Shown: piece by piece, positions 35,401 to 49,657 of the stretch
Position numbering within the stretch: position 1 is the stretch's first letter
Layout: each line of letters begins with the position of its first letter
Assembly: GCF_964355755.1 (NCBI RefSeq)
Contig: NC_092677.1
Location: forward strand, 24,353,175 to 24,417,174
Reading direction: 5' to 3'
DNA: 64,000 nt
From: Antedon mediterranea
Lineage: Eukaryota; Animalia; Echinodermata
The notes under the pieces: model-generated
The model's input: only the letters and a program-made list of their open reading frames with translations
Databases searched by the model: none
What the model was told of the DNA's origin: nothing
Program-made: the position numbers and the translations under genes

Positions 35401-37779
35401 ACAAATATTATTTGTATTTAAAAAACATGAAAAATGAATAATAATTAAAAAAAAATACTTTTTTTAGATCTAATTTTTTGAAAAATTATTATGTGACATT
35501 AAAATGGCATATTAAAAAAAAATATTTAAAACATTATTTTTTCAGGGGGACAATAATCTTTATATTAAAAAAATTAGTTACAGCAGTAAAATACACTCTA
35601 TACATGATGACGTGTGAAGCTCCACAAATCGAAATAATGGATTATCAAAAGAAAAACAATGTTCAATAATTAAATCATATTACACCCACAAACAATAATT
35701 GAATGCATCTGGTAATGTGATTTAAGTGATTGTCATCTTAAAAATGAATGAAGAAATCATAAAATAATAAGACCTATGCATTATACTAGAGAGCTTTTCA
35801 CAAACTAACGGTTCATTTCTATTACCGATTTAATACGTATGTAAGAAGATGTTCATCTTTAAAGACGCAAGAATACTAGTACTAGGCCTAGTACTAGAAC
35901 TATTGCCATTCTGTCTCACAAATAAAGCCAGACCTGGTATGTATTAAATGCATTTAAAATTTAGAACTAAAGTGACTGCTTAAACATGAACTATCATCAC
36001 TATCTAAGTAGGCCTGTGTCTGAATAATCATGGGCAATGTCAGATATTTTAGATACTATTATCTGTTCTGGGACCGTCTTCTCACATCTATTTCTGCATT
36101 CTTATAATGTATATAATAATATTATATAATATATATATAATGTTCATACTTTATGTTGGGTCATTTTTTTTACCAATTAATACTGTAACTGTGTAAAACA
36201 TAGATGTTTCGGTTTTTGCCGATTGTTCTCAGGTTTTGTGAAATGTCAAAACTTTATACGGATAAACCGCATCTCAAGGGATTCAATCTTGTTTCAAAGT
36301 GTTTTTCTGTTAGTGTTCAAATGTCCACGATACAACAGTATTGACAACACGTAACATTTTTTTTAGTGTTTGGTTCTGTTAGTGTTAAAGTTTCCATCAT
36401 ACAACAGTGTTGAAAGCGCGTAGCATTTTGTTAGTGTTTGAATACACGATCAGGTTTTTGCATCGTGTTTGATTCTGTCAGTGTCCATGTTTCCACCATA
36501 CAACAGTGTTGAATACACGATCAGGTTTTTGCATCGTGTTTGGTTCTGTCAGTGTCCATGTTTCCACCATACAGCAGTGTAACATTAATCTGTATCCTGT
36601 GGTATACAGCCGCAATAACGTATCACTGTGTGCGTGTATGGCGAAGTCTATACGTTACCGGACACAGTCGAATTCCTTTGTTTTAAAGAAAATCTTATTT
36701 TGGAACTTATTAAATTATTATTAACAAGGCCATGTGCATGGCTGCTGTCGCTTGCTCAAGTTAGTGTTTACCAACCAACCGACCGACATAGTGAGCGCGT
36801 TGCACGCGACTCAAAAGCTAAGCATTAAACTATGGGGAACTCATGATACAATACATTCCAATTAATTGTTTATGATGCTTTCTGTTTTCTTTATTTTTAA
36901 TTTTAAGGTTTTAACCATATTTTATGTTGAATATAAAATTTTAAGAGGATAATTATTAATAACAGTTTTGCAAATTTGCCATCTATGATTTATTCTAAAA
37001 GTTGTATTCATGTAAATATAATGTTTGATTTATACATACCTACTGTACAAAATAATTTTGGACTAATGTTTTTTTTTATTGGTGAACATCGACGAATAGT
37101 TCTGTATATAGACTTCACAAACAACATTTTCAGTTTATCCACAGGGTTGCTTTGAACACATATATCCTGGTTTAGTTTGTTCGACATGGAACATGAATAC
37201 AGTTGCAGAACTCATTAAGTATAATAAACAAAGCACCATATTATCATTGTAAGTATTGCAGTGTACGTACGGTTGCTTTTAAGTAAATACAGAACATACT
37301 TTGTTTATTTCTCAATGTAGAGGGTATTGCTAAACCGAAAACCTTCACAAACATAGCAAACCCCATCGAACCAACATAAACAAGTAGAATTAATTTCGTC
37401 ACTTTGACGAATTGTAGGTGATCATTGTGATAACAAAATATATTAAAATATGAGCGCAAAGCGTTGTAGTGCTGCTGAGTTGTGCCTATTGTGTAGTCTA
37501 GTCATAGAATATATAACGTATATAATATACACGGGTCCCATATATGTTCTAATGGCATGATGACGTTATCCAAATCAAAGAAAAAAAATTACAGAATTGT
37601 AAATCGTCCAAAATAGACCGTGATTTATTACTGAGATTTTTTCAAAAACACGGGTGAAATGGACTGATACTGCTAAGGGAGAGAAATGCCTAATAAAGTC
37701 TACTTTAGTTATAAAATAAGAAAAAAAGCATTGTATTTTGTAATTCTCACACTCTAGGCCCTTAACGTTTATTTTCTCT

Positions 37780-40700
37780 TCGTTTAGCAATTATTTACCG
37801 AGAAGCACAAAATGATGTATACAAGTGTTATTTTCAGAAATCTTAATAAATGTGATAATTTATTGTAAAGCGTTTACAACCAGCCTATATTTAAATTAAA
37901 TTTCAAAAATCTAAAAACGGTTCATTGTTATATTTAGCAGCATAGTAGGCCTGTGGTGTAATGAATAAAACAACAATACACACAATATGTATACATAGAT
38001 ATGTGTGCTTTTTTAATGAAATCAAATCGTTCAATCAAATAACAGGAAATATTCAGGTGTTATATAGTATGGTATAATTAATAAAACTATCTTTTACATT
38101 TCATAATTATGAAGGTGGTTGTACAGCAATCAAATTAGTACATTGACAGCCAATGCATTCGCTGGTTTGGAATCATTGAAATACCTGTAAGTGACGTTGT
38201 TTATGTTTACCTATGACGTTAATTATAATGTTATTTACTGCACAATATATACATATTTAAAAACAATAGTTTAAAACTAGTACATACAAATAGGCCAATG
38301 CTTATTGTGTCATATTCAAAATGAAATTGTCCTATATTAAACTGTATGAAAGCAAACTTGAGCCTGAAACTGTAAAGGCTTTCCGTTGCAAAATGTAAAT
38401 TAAATGGCGAGTTTAGCAATTATTTTCTGTTAATCACACAATGATGTATAAATGTGTTATTTTCAGAAATCTTAATAAAGGTGATAATTCATTGCAAAAA
38501 ATCCACATCAGTCTATATTTATTCATTTTAATAATTAAAAAAATGTTGAATGTATTTTAATTGTTTAATGAATTATTTAGCAGTATAATATGGTATAATT
38601 AATAAAACTGTCATATTTCACAACTTTTAAGGTGGTTGCAAGGCAATCAAATTAGTACATTGACAGCCAATACATTCGCTGGTTTGGAATCATTGGAAGA
38701 ACTGTAAGTGACATTGATTATGTTTACATACCTATGACGTTAACCGTAATGTTATTTACTGCACAATATACACACATTTAAAAACATTATTTTAAAACTA
38801 GTACATAAATATAGGCCAATGCTTATTGTGTCATTATTCAAAATGAAATTCGTCAATATTAAACTGTATAAAAGCAAACTTGAGCCTGAAACTGTAAAGG
38901 CTTTCCGTTTCAAAATGTAAATTAAATGGTGAGTTTAGCAATTATTTTCTGTTAATCACACAATGATGTATAAATGTGTTATTGTCAGAAATCTCAATAA
39001 ATTAATTCATTGCAAAAAATCCACATCAGTCTATATTTATTCATTTTAATAATTAAAAAAATGTTGAATGTATTTTAATTGTTTAATGAATTATTTAGCA
39101 GTATAATATGGTATAATTAATAAAACTGTCATATTTCACAACTTTTAAGGTGGTTGCAAGGCAATCAAATTAGTACATTGACAGCCAATACATTCGCTGG
39201 TTTGGAATCATTGGAAGAACTGTAAGTGACATTGATTATGTTTACATACCTATGACGTTAACCGTAATGTTATTTACTGCACAATATACACACATTTAAA
39301 AACATTATTTTAAAACTAGTACATAAATATAGGCCAATGCTTATTGTGTCATTATTCAAAATGAAATTCGTCAATATTAAACTGTATAAAAGCAAACTTG
39401 AGCCTGAAACTGTAAAGGCTTTCCGTTTCAAAATGTAAATTAAATGGTGAGTTTAGCAATTATTTTCTGTTAATCACACAATGATGTATAAATGTGTTAT
39501 TGTCAGAAATCTCAATAAATTAATTCATTGCAAAAAATCCACATCAGTCTATATTTAATTTATATTTCAATATTCTAAAAATGGTTCATTGTTATATTTA
39601 ATAAGTATTTAGCAGCATAGTAGGCCTGTGGTGTAATGAATAAAACAACAATACATACAATATGTGATGTAAGATATATGATGTGTGCTTTTTTAATGAA
39701 ATCAAATCGTTCAATCAAATAACATGAACTTTTCAGGTGTTATATAGTATGGTATAATTAATAAAAACTATCTTTTACATTTCATAATTTTGAAGGCAGT
39801 TGTACAACAATCAAATTAGTACATTGACAGCCAATGCATTTGCTGGTTTGGAATCATTGAAAGAACTGTAAGTGTTATTCTTCATCACATCCACATACGT
39901 ATTTCCATATATATCATGTTTTATACACATTACACATATTTAAAACTAGTACATAAATATAGGACAATGCTTATTGTGTCATATTCTAAATTAAATTCCT
40001 CAATATTAAATTGTATGAAAGCAAACTTGAGCCTGAAACTGTAAAGGCATTCCGTTGCAAAATGTAAATTAAATGGCGAGTTTAGCAATTATTTGCTGAT
40101 ATGCTCATAATGATTGTATAAATGTGTTATTGTCAGAAATCTTAATAAATGTGATAATTCATTGCAAAAAATCCACATCAGTCTATATTTAATTTATATT
40201 TCAATAATCTAAAAATGGTTTATTGTTATATTAAATAAGTATTTAGCAGCATAGTAGGCCTGTGGTGTAATGAATAAAACAACAATACACACAATATGTA
40301 TACATAGATATATGGTGTGTGCTTTTTTAATGAAATCAAATCGTTCAATCAAATAACATGAAATATTCAGGTGTTATATAGTATGGTATAATTAATAAAA
40401 ACTATCTTTTACATTTCATAATTATGAAGGTGGTTGGAAAACAATCAAATTAGTACATTGACAGCCAATGCATTCGCTGGTTTGGAATCATTGAAATACC
40501 TGTAAGTGACGTTGTTTATGTTTACCTATGACGTTAATTATAATGTTATTTACTGCACAATATATACATATTTAAAAACAATAGTTTAAAACTAGTACAT
40601 ACAAATAGGCCAATGCTTATTGTGTCATATTCAAAATGAAATTGTCCTATATTAAACTGTATGAAAGCAAACTTGAGCCTGAAACTGTAAAGGCTTTCCG

Positions 40701-43700
40701 TTGCAAAATGTAAATTAAATGGCGAGTTTAGCAATTATTTTCTGTTAATCACACAATGATGTATAAATGTGTTATTTTCAGAAATCTTAATAAAGGTGAT
40801 AATTCATTGCAAAAAATCCACATCAGTCTATATTTATTCATTTTAATAATTAAAAAAATGTTGAATGTATTTTAATTGTTTAATGAATTATTTAGCAGTA
40901 TAATATGGTATAATTAATAAAACTGTCATATTTCACAACTTTTAAGGTGGTTGCAAGGCAATCAAATTAGTACATTGACAGCCAATACATTCGCTGGTTT
41001 GGAATCATTGGAAGAACTGTAAGTGACATTGATTATGTTTACATACCTATGACGTTAACCGTAATGTTATTTACTGCACAATATACACACATTTAAAAAC
41101 ATTATTTTAAAACTAGTACATAAATATAGGCCAATGCTTATTGTGTCATTATTCAAAATGAAATTCGTCAATATTAAACTGTATAAAAGCAAACTTGAGC
41201 CTGAAACTGTAAAGGCTTTCCGTTTCAAAATGTAAATTAAATGGTGAGTTTAGCAATTATTTTCTGTTAATCACACAATGATGTATAAATGTGTTATTGT
41301 CAGAAATCTCAATAAATTAATTCATTGCAAAAAATCCACATCAGTCTATATTTATTCATTTTAATAATTAAAAAAATGTTGAATGTATTTTAATTGTTTA
41401 ATGAATTATTTAGCAGTATAATATGGTATAATTAATAAAACTGTCATATTTCACAACTTTTAAGGTGGTTGCAAGGCAATCAAATTAGTACATTGACAGC
41501 CAATACATTCGCTGGTTTGGAATCATTGGAAGAACTGTAAGTGACATTGATTATGTTTACATACCTATGACGTTAACCGTAATGTTATTTACTGCACAAT
41601 ATACACACATTTAAAAACATTATTTTAAAACTAGTACATAAATATAGGCCAATGCTTATTGTGTCATTATTCAAAATGAAATTCGTCAATATTAAACTGT
41701 ATAAAAGCAAACTTGAGCCTGAAACTGTAAAGGCTTTCCGTTTCAAAATGTAAATTAAATGGTGAGTTTAGCAATTATTTTCTGTTAATCACACAATGAT
41801 GTATAAATGTGTTATTGTCAGAAATCTCAATAAATTAATTCATTGCAAAAAATCCACATCAGTCTATATTTAATTTATATTTCAATATTCTAAAAATGGT
41901 TCATTGTTATATTTAATAAGTATTTAGCAGCATAGTAGGCCTGTGGTGTAATGAATAAAACAACAATACATACAATATGTGATGTAAGATATATGATGTG
42001 TGCTTTTTTAATGAAATCAAATCGTTCAATCAAATAACATGAACTTTTCAGGTGTTATATAGTATGGTATAATTAATAAAAACTATCTTTTACATTTCAT
42101 AATTTTGAAGGCAGTTGTACAACAATCAAATTAGTACATTGACAGCCAATGCATTTGCTGGTTTGGAATCATTGAAAGAACTGTAAGTGTTATTCTTCAT
42201 CACATCCACATACGTATTTCCATATATATCATGTTTTATACACATTACACATATTTAAAACTAGTACATAAATATAGGACAATGCTTATTGTGTCATATT
42301 CTAAATTAAATTCCTCAATATTAAATTGTATGAAAGCAAACTTGAGCCTGAAACTGTAAAGGCATTCCGTTGCAAAATGTAAATTAAATGGCGAGTTTAG
42401 CAATTATTTGCTGATATGCTCATAATGATTGTATAAATGTGTTATTGTCAGAAATCTTAATAAATGTGATAATTCATTGCAAAAAATCCACATCAGTCTA
42501 TATTTAATTTATATTTCAATAATCTAAAAATGGTTTATTGTTATATTAAATAAGTATTTAGCAGCATAGTAGGCCTGTGGTGTAATGAATAAAACAACAA
42601 TACACACAATATGTATACATAGATATATGGTGTGTGCTTTTTTAATGAAATCAAATCGTTCAATCAAATAACATGAAATATTCAGGTGTTATATAGTATG
42701 GTATAATTAATAAAAACTATCTTTTACATTTCATAATTATGAAGGTGGTTGGAAAACAATCAAATTAGTACATTGACAGCCAATGCATTCGCTGGTTTGG
42801 AATCATTGAAATACCTGTAAGTGACGTTGTTTATGTTTACCTATGACGTTAATTATAATGTTATTTACTGCACAATATATACATATTTAAAAACAATAGT
42901 TTAAAACTAGTACATACAAATAGGCCAATGCTTATTGTGTCATATTCAAAATGAAATTCTCCTATATTAAACTGTATGAAAGCAAACTTGAGCATGAAAG
43001 TGAAAAGGCTTTCCGTTACAAAATGTAAATTAAATTGTGAGTTTAGCAATTATTTGCTGATATGCTCACAATGATTGTATAAATGTGTTATTGTCAGAAA
43101 TCTTAATAAATGTGATAATTCATTGCAAAGCATCCACATCAGCCTATATTTATTCATTTTAATAATTAAAAAAATGTTGATTGTCTTTTAATTGTTTAAT
43201 GAATTATTTAGCAGTATAATATGGTATAATTAATCAAACTTTCATATTTCACAACTTTGAAGGGGGTTGTTCAACAATCAAATTAGAACATTGACAGAGA
43301 ATGCATTCGCTGGTTTGGAATCATTGGAAATTCTGTAAGTGACGTTGATTATGTTTACAAACCTATAAAGTTAATCATAATGTTATTTACTCCACAATAT
43401 ACACAGATTAAAAAACAATATTTTTAAACTAGTACATAAATATATAGGCCAATGCTTATTGTGTCATATTCTAAATGAAATTCCTCAACATTAAACTGTA
43501 TGAAAGCAAACTTGAGCCTGAAACTGTAAAGGCTTTCCGTTTCAAAATGTAAAATAAATTGTGAGTTTAGCAATTATTTTCTGTTAATCACACAATGATG
43601 TATAAATGTGTTATTTTCAGAAATCTTAATAAATGTGATAATTCATTGCAAAAAATCCACATCAGTCTATATTTAATTTATATTTCAATAATCTAAAAAT

Positions 43701-43990
43701 GGTTCATTGTTATATTTAATAAGTATTTAGCAGCATAGTAGGCCTGTGGTGTAATGAATAAAACAACAATACACACAAAATGTATACATAGATATATGGT
43801 GTGTGCTTTTTTAATGAAGTCAAATCATTCAATCAAATAACATGAAATATTCAGGTGTTATATAGTATGGTATAATTATTAAAAACTATCTTTTACATTT
43901 CATAATTTTGAAGGTTGTTGCAAAACAATCAAATTAGTACATTGACAGAGAATGCATTTGCTGGTTTGGAATCATTGAAAGACCTGTAAG
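37780..43990 (+). repeat. Array of exon+intron LRR cassettes, copy 2 (11 exons), with a 2315-bp four-cassette duplication and a 518-bp single-cassette duplication
   Basis: Exon starts 38632/40947, 39150/41465, 39796/42111 and 40430/42745 differ by 2315 and encode identical peptides; 38632/39150 differ by 518. Confidence 0.95.
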
Positions 43991-45350
43991 TGTTATTCTT
44001 CATCATATCCACATACGTACCTCCATACTGTATATCATGTTATATACACATTACACACATTGTACATATACATCGTAACCTTATTTTGTTACTTTTGTCA
44101 ACATGGATTATTTTCATAATAATTCATTATTGAGTAAATCAAAATTATAGTATTTATTAGTTTGTTACCAATATTAGGAATATTTAGCCTGTGAATCAAA
44201 TTTAAGTTAGTAAGCTATAAGATTTAAAAAGAAATTTTTAATTTTATTCGTATTTATTCATTCATTTTGACACACCAGCCCTGGTTTTTATTCTTACAAA
44301 GTTATTACAATTTAATCTCACTCTTATTTGTTGTGACGAAATACCTCTCCTCATAGAATTGACCAATATACATTAACTATTAGCTTAATTAAACAGGTAT
44401 TTACAGGACAACAATATAACTACTATTGATCAAGGCGCCTTCTCTGTTTTTGCCTCATCACTTGGAAAACTGTAAGTAATTTATTCTGAAATTCATATGC
44501 AGTTTCTCGAAATAATTAATCACTTCAATTAGGTACTTTTCTTATGCTATAAACATGTTATCCAAGAAAAAGCGGTATCAACAGGATAGGTTTACATACA
44601 TTTTTTAAACATGGGTAAATTTTTACATTCATTATTGTATCTGGCTCATTCCATGGAGTTGAACATGAGAAAACATTTTAAAAGTTAACAACTTTTTATA
44701 TAATTAAACATATAAGTAGAAGGATTATCTTAAGTGCCGACGGTGATAAAAATATTATTTTGAGACTACATTGAATCAGTTAGACACTAAATTGATTGTG
44801 GTATACCTTCATTAATACGATATCACTAAAACGACATCGGTGCTATCCAAATGAGACATATTCGTAGATATTTAGTTACATGTGAGCTACACTCATTGAC
44901 ACTGATTTGATATTTGTTTCCATATTTTTTTTTTTTTTACAGAGACATCAGACGCAACAATTTACAAGTTTACAGAGAAAGTACTTTTGAAGAATTGAAA
45001 TATATAACAGAATTGTAAGTATTATGTCGGATTTAGAAATTCTTTATATTCATTAAATGATATCTTTATTTTGTTTTAACACAGTTACCAATTCCACATG
45101 CATGCCGACAGTGGCCTAACAAATTGTTTATGTAGGCCTACAGCTTTTAGGTTATTTTAAATTTCTCCTTCACTTCTATCTTTTAAATTGGTCGTACACG
45201 TCATACTTTTACTATACGAGTAGATTTGATTGGCTGTAAAGCAGTTGTTATTCCACCTGTTATAGAACTAAAACCATTATAAACATTGTTATAGTAGGCT
45301 ACTACTGTATTTAACAACTTCCATTAAATTCAATTGTTTTTTTAACATAG

Positions 45351-46335
45351 ATATTCAGATTTGTTTCGTCTCTGTTGTGTTGTTGGAGAAATTGAAGTAT
45401 GTGAGCCTACTGATGCTTTTGCGTCCTGCGCTGACTTACTAAAGAGAGAAGTTCTTAGGATATTGATGATAGTTATTGGACTGTCATCTTTTATCGGTAA
45501 CTTGATTGTCATCATATCGCGAAGGATAAACAAAGAAAATAGGTCTACAGTTGATTCTATTCTACTCACTAATCTTGCCGCGGCTGACTTGCTGATGGCA
45601 ATTTATTTGCTGATCATCGCAGGTGCAGATATACACTACAGAGGAAGGTACGCGAAGGTTGCCAGCGAATGGAAAAACAGCTTTCTCTGCTCTTTTTCCG
45701 GTGCTATTTCAACACTGTCTGGGCAGTGTTCCGTGTCAACCTTGATGGTTATGAGTATTAACCGTGCTATAAACATCGTCTATCCATTCAGCACCAAACG
45801 GCTCAAAGGTACGAAATGCAAAATTATCATCGGTATTGCTTGGCTGGTATGGCTTTTTATTAGTTTCCTTCCACTGGTAGCTAACAAGTCACAGGTCGGC
45901 ATACCATATTTTGGCGAGAACTACTACGGAAAACAAAGTGTGTGTCTCGCGTTGCCACTAACACGACATCGATTACCAGGCTGGGAGTACGCCACGGCCA
46001 TATTCATCGCATTCAATGGCTTGGGTTTTTTTGTTATCGCAGCAAGTTATTTGACGATTTTCCTCTCCGTTAAGAGATCTGCAATCACGGCTAACAGAAT
46101 GCAGAGACGAGAAGAGGAAATCAAAATGGCCGTGAAACTAGGGTTTATTGTTTTCACCGATTTCTGTTGCTGGTTTCCCATCATAGTAATGGGAATTTGT
46201 TCAGAGATGGAGTGGTGGAGAATTCCTGATGATATATACGTTTGGGCAGCAACATTTATAATTCCCATTAACTCATCAGTAAACCCATATCTTTACACAA
46301 TTATCTATATGTGTAAAAGCGAGCGTAGGCCATAA
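45351..46335 (+). CDS. Hinge + 7TM terminal exon of LRR-GPCR copy 2 (open)
   Basis: ORF 45361..46335 differs from copy 1 at only 4 of 324 aa (R>G, V>I, H>Q, T>A). Confidence 0.9.
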
Positions 46336-49300
46336 AGCTGACATTCCTCGTGCATTCTCAGTTTATTTATTTACTACATTTATTTATTCAATTTTGATTC
46401 ACAAGGGTAGCTCTAACAGGTGAACGAGTACAGCTGTCTTGAAGAGGCCCTTTTAAAAACATTATACAATTATACAAAAAGACATTCAAACATCACATTA
46501 CAAGTAGATCCATAAAGCCTGTTCCTGTCGATCGTTAAGTTGCGTTGAGTTGCGCTAAGTTGCGTTGACATATTCAACGATTTGACAGGAAAAGGGGGTA
46601 AAAAATCAACGTTACAAATCGTTAAAGTCTGAAATCATAAAATTACAAGTAGATTCATAAAGTTAAAATTCAGGTTTTTAAGAAGTTAAAACATTACAAG
46701 TTAAAATATTAAAATTTACGGAGTAATTTATTTTTGCAAACTACTCCATCAAGAAACTAAAAGAAAATTAATACATTTGAGTTTTGAACTCTGCACTTTT
46801 ATTTTTTACTTGTTATTCTTGATTCTAGTGTTTTTATCAGATATTATTCGGAGTTTGTATTGGGTACACTGTGACGGGTACAAGTAGTACCATTAGGGTG
46901 TGTTCCATGTATATATAGGAATTATAGGTGTATAGGAATTATAGATATATTTATTTCAATAAAAACCATTGCAACATATGACGAAAGAATTTAGCAGATA
47001 TCAACATTATGTTTAAATTTTGTTTTTTGAGCTACATTGTTTGTCTGTTGATAAGTGTGTAGTTTAGAAAGATTAGGTTGGTTGATTGTAAAGTATAGTA
47101 AATTATCAAATTGATTTATTACAAATTAAATATTATATTTGTTATCTTTGTGAATATTTTGTATATAAAGATACATTTGAATAATTAGTTTCATTATTTA
47201 TTCAATTTGTTAAGATATTGAGTGTATCTCACAAAGGACAAACAAAAAGATTTAGTATAGATTGGCTAGTAAGATTTACTATCAGTCTGTGTTTTATCTT
47301 TTAACTTTGTAACTGTGTGTTTGTCTGTATTCAATTCATCCTATGTACGTTTAATTATTCACGTTTTTATTCAAACTTTGCATTTAGATCAACAAAATAC
47401 TTTCTTTATTATCTGTAATAAACAGCTATATACTCTGTCGGAATACTAATAAATATTAGATGGAAAAGAATTATTGTATCTTTATAATTATTTGGTTCCT
47501 ACATTGGTTTAAACTTAATGAGATACAACTGAATTGAATTGGAAGCAATATATCGTCAATTAATAGATGATCCTATAACATAGGTTTTTTGTAATTTGTC
47601 GGATACCACTTTTTCATGGAGTTTACATAAATAATAATATTATCTGACTACATGTGTTTTTGTAATTTTGCAATTAGTGATAGTTAAATCCAATGAATAA
47701 TTAAAATCACCAACGCGACCAATTTCCTAAGAAATTAGAAATGTATTTATTATTCTTATTACACTGTAAAATATTGTTTAGATCTTAAACATCTATTTTG
47801 TACCCACTTTTTCATCTTTATTTTATTATTTATTTTATTTATTTTTATTTTATTCAGTTCACAACCAACAGCGATGAAACCGCCACTAACAGGTTGGATA
47901 TAAACATAATAAACTATAATAATAAGTTCAAAGAAGCAACAAAAACATAAACAAAGATTGGAACATTATAGCGTGTTTAAAACCTAAACGTGTTTATAGC
48001 TACATTTTGTTTTCCTCCACTCGTTTAGCAGTCAACATGTAACTATTATGTTCAGTCAACATGTTTAGGTACGTGTTTAGCGTTGCGTGCAGCGCATATG
48101 ATTTTACTGTGGCGGAAAAAAAGTTCCACACATGAGCTCCACACGTGGCAAATTAATATTGCTTTATATTGCTCCACATGTTTAACAATAAGCACGTCAC
48201 TGATGTGTTGAGTTGGATACAGACTGCATGTTTAGAACCTAAACATGTTCATATCTAAACATGTTTAAGGCTAAATGTGTGGAAAACGTTGGTACAAATA
48301 GATGTTTAAGATCTAAACACTATTTTTACAGTGATAATATGATTTTTGTTTGCTCGTCTGATTTCGCTGATGTCATCATCTGCCAGGGATGAATATTTCT
48401 ATTTGTACAAATAAAACAAAATATTTCGTTGAGACAAGAACTAACTGATTATGTTGTATTCAGTGATATTTGAGAAAGTGTTGCCTAACTCAATGGTAAT
48501 CCTAAACGAATGTGTCCATCATAGAAGGACATACACATGGCTGCGTACAGTCGCGTGCTCAAGTTAGTGTTTACCGACCAGTGAGCTGTAGAGTCGCGTT
48601 GCACGTGATTAAAAACCGAAGCGAAATTTTAATTTATGGGTGTCCTCGTGTTTTAAAAACTAATTTCTTTCCATTCATATCCAAAATTTCAACATACTAA
48701 AATGGTATTATCTAATTTATATTTAAATTGCACGTGGCCATAATTAACTCACTCCTTTGTAGATTCATCCTCACACTAAGAGTTTTGTATTTTCAAATAA
48801 CAGTGCAAAATCCACTCACCTACAGATTCATTATATTCCTAAAAGTTTCTATTCTCAATTTAATTCCTAGAACTTACATTGCCTGATGCTCAACACTGCT
48901 TTGCTTTAAGTATGAATACTGATTTTGAATTCAGTATAACAACTAGATTCATTTCAGCCACAACAAGCGGTTTTGTTCATATTTAATTCTGAGTAACAGA
49001 CGGAGCTGATGCTTCAACCTTTTTGCGTAAAAAAACATTTTCTGCAACAAGATACAAGAAACTTTATTTGTCTTCGTAAAAACAAAGGAATATCGGTTGT
49101 CAGCAAATCCCATTAAAAGGATACATATACATAAACGGACTAAAGAATGACAATTAGTTATTTAGACTAATACTTTTTTTGTATAGACAAATACTTTCTT
49201 TTTTATATATTAAATAACAAATATTATTTGTATTTAAAAAACATGAAAAATGAATAATAATTAAAAAAAACTTTTTTTAGATCCAATTTTTTGAAAAACT

Positions 49301-49657
49301 ATTATGTAAAATTAAAATGGCATATTAAAAAAACCATTTAAAACATTATTTTTTCAGGGGGACAATAATCTTTATATTAAAAAATTTAGTTACAGCAGTA
49401 AAATACACTCTATACATGATGACGTGTGAAGCTCCACAAATCGAAATAATGGATTATCAAAAGAAAAACAATCAATAATTAAATCATATTACACCCACAA
49501 ACAATAATTGAATGCGTCTGGTAATGTGATTTAAGTGATTGTCATCTTAAAAATGAATGAAGAAATCATAAAATAATAAGACCTATGCATTATACTAGAG
49601 AGCTTTTCACAAACTAACGGTTCATTTCTATTACCGATTTAATACGTATGTAAGAAG

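Larger units (their letters stand above)
35849..46335 (+). pseudogene. LRR-GPCR copy 2: intact 7TM exon (45351-46335) and 11 variable LRR exons (starts 38115, 38632, 39150, 39796, 40430, 40947, 41465, 42111, 42745, 43263, 43914) plus 44397-44471 and 44943-45014, but exon 2 (36233-36278) is damaged
   Basis: Versus copies 1 and 3, exon 2 lacks one T (AAATGTC vs AAATTGTC) and its donor reads GG instead of GT at 36279-36280. The signal peptide has V>E. Pseudogene status depends on my exon-2 model. Confidence 0.6.
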
